Source of the DNA: Clostridia bacterium
Lineage (GTDB): Bacteria > Bacillota > Clostridia > Oscillospirales > CAG-272
DNA: 32,117 nt
NCBI GenBank assembly: GCA_017386965.1
Contig: JAFOGE010000173.1
Span: 1-32,117, forward strand
Direction: 5' to 3'
The translations under genes were made by a program, and so were the position numbers. The notes under the pieces are model-generated. The model was not told the origin of the DNA, ran no database searches, and was given only the letters and a program-made list of their open reading frames with translations. The stretch's first letter is position 1. Each line of letters starts with the position of its first letter. Below, one piece after another: positions 9,501 through 18,500 of the stretch.

Positions 9501-12500
9501 CGATGCTGCGGATTGGCTGCAGGTTCCGGCAAATTCCTCCATCCCCCACATCTACACCTCCTACAACAAGACCCAGGATGACGTCGTGACGACAGAGGCC
9601 TGGATGTCCAGTTTCTATTCCGGAGATTCTTACTGGATGGGAGCCCTTTTCAGCAAGAATCCCTCCTCCACCGACTATCGGGATCGCGGAGTGATCATTG
9701 AGATTCCCGGTGAGATCACACCGCTTTCGGTTTCCTTGGAGTGCGATGCCCTGACGATTCCCTCCAACACCGTGGATTATCGCGTGCTGGCATCGGTGTA
9801 TCCCAAAACCGACAACTACACGCTTTCCTGGAGCTCGGACAACGAGAGCGTTGTCACGGTCAGCGCCGACGGAAAGCTGACGGCAACCGGTCTTGGCACG
9901 GCCAAGGTAACGGTTACGGTGGACGGCTCGGGTCTGACCGCCTCGATGATGGTGGTCGTTACCCAATACTACGCACCCGAAAGCATTACGGACACGACGT
10001 CCGAGATCCTTCTGACGGCGTATCAGCAAACACAGAAGCTCTCCCCCGTAATTGCTCCTGCAGAAGCAACCGCGCTGCTCTCTTACTCCAGCTCGGATAC
10101 CGGCGTAGCCGTGGTTGGCATGGACGGCACGGTAACGGCTCTTTCCAGCGGAACCGCAGTCATTACGGCACAGGTCGTGGGAACCGAGCTTTCGATCTCC
10201 TACACGGTCAAGGTTGTAATTGCTCCCTCGGAGATCGCCCTGAAGCAGGATTATATCATTTGCGGCATGGACGATGAGAAGAAGACCGTTCTCTCTTACA
10301 GCTATTCTCCCGCTTACGCAACCGTGGGCAAGGTTGAATATCTCTCCTCGGATGCGTCGGTGGTAACGGTGTCCGACCGCGGCGAGCTGACGCCGGTAGG
10401 ACCCGGACACGCCGTGGTGTGGATCTCCTTCCCCGAGATCGACCGTGCGCTGCAGGCCAAGGTCATCGTTGTGGAGGACAGTCATTCCTTGCAGATCGTC
10501 CGGGGCGAGGCACTCGGCAATTGGCAGGGTGCATCGGTGCTCTACGCCGAGGACGGCACGACCTACCTCTTGTTAACCGAGAGCGTCTTTGGCAACAGCA
10601 AGCTGCCGCAGAAATTCCCGCACAAGACGAAGCAGGTCAGCGCCGTCGGCTCAAATGAGTGGTTCTACATCGACATGGAGAACAATTTGCGGTATTTCTC
10701 CGCAGATTCCAACGGATCCAACGGAGAGGGAGCCTTGATCTCCGAAAAGGTTTCCCACGTTTGGTCCTCTCGTTGGAATGGAAGTCGCGCCTATTACCAG
10801 AAGGCCGACGGAACGGTCTGGTTCTATTCCAACGGCACCTCTGTACAGAATGAATGGCTTGAGGATGTGACCCGGGGAATTCGCCACAACGGAAATTACA
10901 TTTTCCTGGATGCCCAGGGAACGCTCTGGTATGATGATACGCCGGAGCAAAACGGCGAGCCTCTGACAGCGCTTTCCTTTGATTCGCAGCCCTATGCGAT
11001 GGATAAGAAGATCGTCTTCCTGCAGGAGAACGGTTGCTTTGATGAGGCAGGCACCTACTACAGCTTTGAATACCCGAACGGAGAATTGGAGCTGGTCAAG
11101 AATTCCGAGTTTGATATAGAGCGCTTGACGCAGACCCTGAAGGTGACCTGGGATCAGGTGGTGGATGCAACCTACGCTTTCAATTCCGTAACCTCCCATT
11201 GGCTGCTCCTGCTTGCCGACGGACGGGTTGTGTATGCGGGATACTACTATCCCGGCGACACGAATATGCTCTCCGACCTGATTGATATCCCTGCGTACAG
11301 TGGAATCGGATATTGCTTCCTGGATCTGGAGGATCCCATCGTATCGCTTGGCAAGGGTGCCTTGATCGCCGAGGACGGATCGGTCCGTACGTATATTACG
11401 GATTACAGTGCGGTTCTTGGCAACGGCAAGACCTATAACAATAACAGAACGCAAAAGCGTCCCGTCAATCCTTGGTTCGGCATGGAGGATGACGGACAGG
11501 GCATCACGGTGGAAAAGGTGACCTTCACAAACGGTGAGGGCAGCACGGTGACCGAGGAGATCCAGCTGCAGGGCTTGCTGCAGGGACTTGTCGATCCCGC
11601 CTCCGCGCTTCGCCTGGCGCTCTCCAAGCAGGCACAAAAGGGCACCTTCCAGTCCATTCTGCTCAAGGACGGCTTTGGCAAGAAGGTGGAGGTGGAGGCG
11701 ACCCTGGATCGCTTTGGCGATGTCCTCGTGATCACGCCCAAGTCCCCCTTGAAGGCAGGCTACGATTACACGCTGACGATTCCCGCCAACGTGATGATGG
11801 ATGAGTTTGACAACGCCAATCGCAGCTTCGCCTTTACGTTTACCGTTTCCGGCGTTGCCGTCTATGAGGTGCCGGTGACCGGAATCGTTGCAGAGAGTGC
11901 AACGGAGATCACCCTGGCATACGGAGAGAGCCAGCTTTTGGATGCTTGCGTGCTTCCCGAGAACGCAAGCATGCAGAAGGTTTATTGGAGCTCCTCCGAC
12001 GAGAGAGTGGCAACCGTGAACCCCACCGGCTACGTCACCGGATACTACAACGGAACCGCAACCATTACGGCTACTACGGCCGACGGCGGATTCACTGCCG
12101 TGTTCACGGTAAAGGTTTCCACCGCTCCCGAGAGCGTATCCCTTTCCACGGGCTACTTCCATCTGGAGATTGGAGAAACCGGCAAGCTGGAGATCTCCTC
12201 CTATCCCGATTACGCGCATCTGGGAACGCTGACCTACGGAAGCAACAATGCTGACGTCGTCACGGTAGATGCGAACGGTGTTCTGACCGCAAAGGCGTTG
12301 GGAAGCACATTGGTTTACGTGACCTCCTCGATCACGGGCGAGTCCTACTACGCTCTGGTAGACGTCGTCGCGGACACCACCTCGGCCGAGATCAAGACGG
12401 TCTATCGCGACGGACATCATTCCGATTTTGCCTTCTTCATTGCCGAGGATAACACCGTTTGGTACGTTTCGACCGATTCTTACGGAAACGGAAATATCTA

Positions 12501-15500
12501 CTTGCCTCGCAAGGCCAATTTCAAGGCAAAGGAGGTCATCAAGGATCCTCGTTACACCGTGGAGGTTTGCTACATTTCCATGGACGGCGATCTTTATCGC
12601 ACGAATCTGTTTGCAAACGAAACGCCTTTCTTGATTGCGGAAGACGTAACGGCAGCGGCCATCTGTGGTCAGCATTTGTTCTATCTCAAGAGCGACGGAT
12701 CGGTTTACCACCGCCATATGGAGCAGGGAACCACCACGAAATGCACTATGCTGACCGGTACGACCGACCTTTACTCCTCTGACTATCGTGCCGTCTTCTT
12801 CCTGAGCAAAACGGGAGAGGTGCGATGCGCTACAGCACAAGCACTGAACGAGAGCCTTACCAACAGTGCCTTCAAGACCGTGGACATTCCAACGGGCGAG
12901 AAGATTCTTTCGATGACGCGCTATTATGCCGTCGGTGAAAAGGGCGGACTGTATCGCATTTCCGAGATGAACGGCGAGAGAGCGGCCACTGAGCTGACTA
13001 TGATCACCGGAAATGCGGAGTATCAGGCGATAAAAGAGCAAATTGTGGAGATCGTTGCGGCAGATTTCCACGGCAACGATGGATTTGTTGCCAGAATGGC
13101 AGACGGCAGCGTCTTCTACATCGGAAACGCTTCCAATCTTCCGGTGGGTCTTAAGAATTGCGTGGACACCTCCAATACGACGGCGGAGAACGGTGCGATC
13201 ATTGCACGTCCGATTCAGGGCATCGCATCGGTTGCGGATCTGGAGATCGGCTATTTCGTGCTTTCGGACGGAACGGTTCGCGCATATCAGGCTACCAATT
13301 ATCAGGATGGTACCACCTACAAGATTATGCTTGCCAACAACAACGTGCAGCGGCAAAGCTACCGCATGCCCGTCGTTTCCTGGTTCGGCGCGCAGGGCGA
13401 CCGCACCGATATCCTGCTGCAAAGCGGATCGGCCGTTGCCGGTGATGCTGTTACGCCGCTTACACAGGGTGAAAATCTGACGGAGGGCGTGAAGGCTGGC
13501 TCCTCCTTCGTCTTCCGATTTGACAAGCAGCTTTACGCGGTTACCGAAAACGTTGCCTTGGTTGACATTGAGGGCAACTTGATTCCCGTTATGCTGTCGA
13601 TTTCCGGCAACACCCTGACCGTAACGCCGGCACAGGCGTTGCGCGGCGGCATGCTCTATACATTGAGCATTTCCCACAACACGGTGCAGGATATTTTCCA
13701 GAACACGACGGACATCCTGGAATTCCATTTCACAACCGAAGGAACGCTGAGTCTGGAGGTTCCCGTAACGGGAATTACGGATACGGTTACGCAGATTACT
13801 CTCGAATATGGAGAGATGCAGAGCTTGATGCCGACCGTGACGCCTGCCGATGCGACCCTGCCGACTGTGATCTGGGAAAGCTCGGATAAAGCCGTGGCAA
13901 CCGTTACACAGGACGGACGAGTGACCGGATGGAGAAACGGCACGGCAACGATCACCGCTAAAACGATGGATGGCGGCCATACGCACACGTATCAGGTCAC
14001 GGTTTCCACCGCTCCCGAGAGCGTATCCCTTTCCACGGGCTACTTCCATCTGGAGATTGGAGAAACTGGCAAGCTGGAGATCTCCTCCTATCCCGATTAC
14101 GCGCATCTGGGAACGCTGACCTACGGAAGCAACAATGCTGACGTCGTCACGGTAGATGCGAACGGTCGTCTGACCGCAAAGGCGTTGGGAAGCACATTGG
14201 TCTATGTGACCTCCTCGATCACGGGCGAGTCCTACTACGCTCTGGTGGACGTCGTCGCGGACACCACCTCGGCCGAGATCAAGACGGTGCATGGCAACCA
14301 GTCCAATGATACCTTCTTCATTGCAGAGGACAATTCCGTTTGGTACATTACAACGAACAACTATAATAACGAGAATGTGTATTTGCCTCGTCGGGCAGGA
14401 TTCAAGGCAAAGGAAATTGTTCGGGATACGTATTGGAGCCGCATCTATTATATTTCCACGGAGAATCAGCTTTATTACACCGATTGCAACATGCGCAACG
14501 ATTGGAAAACCTTGGTTGCGGATGACGTAGCTTCGGTCGTTCCTCGCGGTGAGTATATCTTCTATGCCAAGACCGACGGATCCGTGTATTATTACAGCTC
14601 CAATCTCGGAAAGCACACGAAATGCACGCTGCTGACCGGTGCTACGGAGATGTATTATTGGAACAATTCGTTCTTCTTTGTCAAGGAAGGCTTGCTCCGT
14701 TACGTAAAGGATTCCGCACTGGCGGACGGTATTGTCAACAGTGCCTTCAAGACCGTAAGCATTCCGAACAATGAAAAGATTCTCTCCATGACCCACGATT
14801 ATGCGATTGGCGAGAATGGCGGAATCTACCGCGTTTTGTACAATGACGGAGAGGTGACGGTGTCTGAGCTGATCTCGATCACGCAGAGCGCCGCATACCA
14901 GTCCATCAAGGATCAGATCGCAGAGATCGCTGCGGCAGATTTTAATGGAAACGATGGATTCATTGCCAGAATGGCAGACGGCAGCGTCTTCTACATTGGA
15001 AGCGGCTACGAGATGCCAATCGGTCTGAAAGATCGGGTGGATGCTTCGGATCTTTCGGCAGACCACACGACGATGATCGCGCGTCCGATTCGGGGCCTTT
15101 CGTCCGTTGTGGATCTCTCCACCGGATACTTCGTTCTGGCAGACGGAACGGTTCGCGCCTATCAGGCGACCCGTTATCAGGGTGATACCTCCTACAAGAT
15201 CATCCTTGCTAACAACAATCTGGACAGACAAAACTACCGCATGCCGGTCGTTTCCTGGTTCGGTGCACAGGGTGAGTACGCGGACATTTTGCTTGAGAAG
15301 GCAGAAGGCGTAAACGGGGACGCAAAGGTAGAGCTTTCCGCGGGAGAGCTTGCAGTGCAGCTGGGCGTGGATTCCTCCTTCGTTTTGACCTTTGACGAGC
15401 AGATCTTCATGGTGCTTGACGGCATTTCGCTGATCGACATGGGCGGCAATCTGGTTCCGATCAAGATCACCATTTCGGATCGTTCCCTGATCATAACGCC

Positions 15501-18500
15501 TAAGGAGCCCCTCAAGGAAGGTACCCTCTACACGCTGAGCATTCCGTCCGGATTGGTTCTGGATATCTTCCGGAATACCACGGCGGATCTGGACTTCAAC
15601 TTCACCACCACGGGAGAGCTGCATTTTGCAATTCCCGTCACCGGTATTACCGATACCGTCGGACAGCTGACGCTCAGCTACGGCGATGCGCAATATCTGA
15701 CGCCGACGATCGCACCTGCCGATGCCAGCATGAAGCGTGTGACCTGGCATTCCTCGAACGAGAACGTGGCTACCGTTACGCAGGACGGCCTTGTAACGGG
15801 TAAGCAGAACGGTACGGCTACCATTACGGTTACCACCTTCGACGGTCCACACTCGTATGCGTACACGGTCACGGTTTACACTCCCGTTGAGTCCTTTACA
15901 CTGTCCGAGGAGTTCCTGCTTCTGGATCTTGCAGAGAAGAAGACCGCGCAGCTGGTTGGTACGGTAACACCGACCTATCTCGAGAACAGCGGCCGCTTTA
16001 CCTGGGCGGTTGCGGATCCAAGCATTGCAACGGTGAGTGCCGACGGAACGGTAACCGCGCTCAAGGCCGGTGTTACTGCCGTTTACTGCTATTGCGAGGG
16101 CATCGACGAGCCTGTTGTTTGCGTGGTTTCGGTCCTGACCGATTTTGCGGATGCATCCATCAAGCACGTTTCCCAAAAGTATGACAATGGATTCCTCTTT
16201 GAGGCCGACGGATGCCTGTGGATGGCGGATGCGAATCACCTGGTCCCCGAGAAGCTGGTCTTCCAAAAGCCGATCGTGCAGGAGCCTGCACAGGGCGAGG
16301 GCGAAGGCGAGCAGACGGCTGAAGCTACGACCGCGGAGATCCTGGACATCGCGGCGATGAAGCAGGTGCTCTACGTTCCCGCGTATTGGTACGGATCGGA
16401 TGCGAACTCCTTCCTGATTCTGTTTTTGGAGGAGGACGGAACCTTGCTGTTCTATTCCTCCCTGCAAAAGGAGGCGCCGATCCTGACCAAGGAGAACGTG
16501 CAAAAGATCGCTTATGCGAACGATTATCTGGTGCTTTTGCTGAAGGACGGCACGCTTCGCAAGATCTCGACGCACGGCGTCTATTCGCAGGAGGGTATGC
16601 CCCTTCAGTTGAACTATCAAGAAGATGAGGTTCAGGATATTGCGGGCATTCAGGATATCGCATATTCGGATTTCAATAGCAGTCTTTTCCTGTTGCAGAT
16701 CAACAAGGGACTGGTATGGCGCTATGATCCCAACGGAGGCTACCTGGAGCTCGTATTCAACAAAGAGCCCATTACCGACATCACTGTTGGCAACGGAAGC
16801 TTTATGCTGGGCGAGAGCGGCGTCTATTATCCGCTGCGTGGCAACCCCGAGAACTGCGAATCGGTCTTCAACGAGCTGAAGAACCATGACTTCTACAAGC
16901 TCAATCTTGAGCTTGCGGATGTTGTTCGTCTGCGATACGACCTCGATCTGCTGATGCTTACGAAGGATGGCAAGCTCGCCTACTTCGGTCAATACCCCTC
17001 GAGCTGCCCGCTTGCGGCGCAGTACAGCGGCTATACTTGGACGCAGGATTCTGTAAATTCTTATCTGCATTATATTGATACGGGTAAGGCGATTGCCGAG
17101 ATCGGACGCAACTGGATTGTCTTTACGGACGGCACGGTGCAGATGTTTGGAGAGTATGAGTATTTTGGCAACGCAAAGCCCTCGAACAATTATCAAGAAT
17201 CGCTTTGTTCTCCCTACTTTACCGAAACCGAGATCGACATTCACAGCTTGATCCTGAACAAGGTTTTGGTAGGCGAAACCGAGATCGACGTAACCGATCC
17301 GCAGGCTCCTGTGGTGGATCCTGCCACGACCATCACGCTGGAGTTCAGTCTGCCTCTGCTTCCCACCGATCTGCTGCTTGCCACCACGGTGACGGATTCG
17401 AAGGGCAATTATCCTGCCTTTGAGATCCGCGTGGAGGGCAGAAGGATTCTCCTGATCTTCGAGGAGCCCTTGACGGCGGGAGAAACCTATACGGTGACGG
17501 TTTATGAGGATGCGGCACAGGATATTTTCTACAACGAAGGCGATCGGATCGACTTTACCGTAACGATCAACAACACGGCGGCCGAGGTGCAGTCCTACAA
17601 GGATAGCCTCTATCCCACCACGGAGTATTCTCCCGACTGGTCGCTCAAGCAGCTGCAGGCCGCTCTGCGTGAGTACTACGACGAGGTGCTTCACGAGTAC
17701 ATCGTGGAGAATTCCAAGGACGTAGGAAACGCCTTCCTCAATGCGTTTGCAAACCCGGATACCACCTCCTGGATGGATCTGAAGGCAGAACAGAGCTACA
17801 ACCAGATCGGCTCCCTGATCGGAAACTTCTGGGGAACGACCAAGACCGATCTGATCGACCGCATCATCTATGACGTCAACGATAGCTTCAATTATGGAGA
17901 GATCCTGTACGATCCCATCCTTACCGCGCCCTCTGAAACGGCTTATCCCTTCGTGACCTCCATCGTTGTCAAGAACAGCGAGGGCAACATCGTTTCCTCC
18001 GTCGGCTTGGAGGAGATCACGGTTGAGGTTTCCTTCAACCGCGATATGGATACGGCCGTGCAGCCCCTGGTTGCTTACGGCAGCGATTATCCCTTCGGCG
18101 ATTTTGCCGTGGAGGGTGATTGGAAGGATGCAAGAACCTGGGTTGGAACCACCAAGATCTCGGCGGTTACCGGATCCGGCACGCAGTTCTTCAAGGTACG
18201 CGGCGCGGTGGCTGCGGATGATAGCTGGCTGGTGACCGGAAACGATTACGAGCGCTTTGCATTCACCATCGCAACCTCCGGTGCAAAATCCATGTCCATG
18301 CAGGCAAACGGAGCCGACGGCTACGTTTCCCTGGAGTGGACGCAGGATGACTACGAAACTCTGGCAGGCTACAACGTTTACCGAAGCGAGCTGATGGACG
18401 GTACCTACCAGAAGATCAACACCACGCTGATCTCGCAGGGTGTTACCTCCTTTGTGGATGATAATGTTGCTCCCGGCGTGCAGTATTACTACTACTTCAC

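Larger units (their letters stand above)
11869..17575 (+). repeat. Three tandem ~1.9-kb coding super-repeats (11869-13758, 13759-15630, 15631-~17575). A more diverged first unit lies at ~9715-11868.
   Basis: Each unit begins (V/I)PVTGI(V/T)..., then 2 Big_2 domains, a ~340-aa propeller-like module, and an SbsA-type Ig-like domain. Start-to-start offsets are 1890 and 1872 nt, both in frame. Confidence 0.8.

Noticed and set aside
9230-9700. The C-type-lectin-like segment as a diversity-generating retroelement (DGR) variable region.
   Set aside because: There is no reverse transcriptase, no template repeat and no adenine-specific mismatch pattern anywhere in the window. The segment is internal rather than C-terminal.
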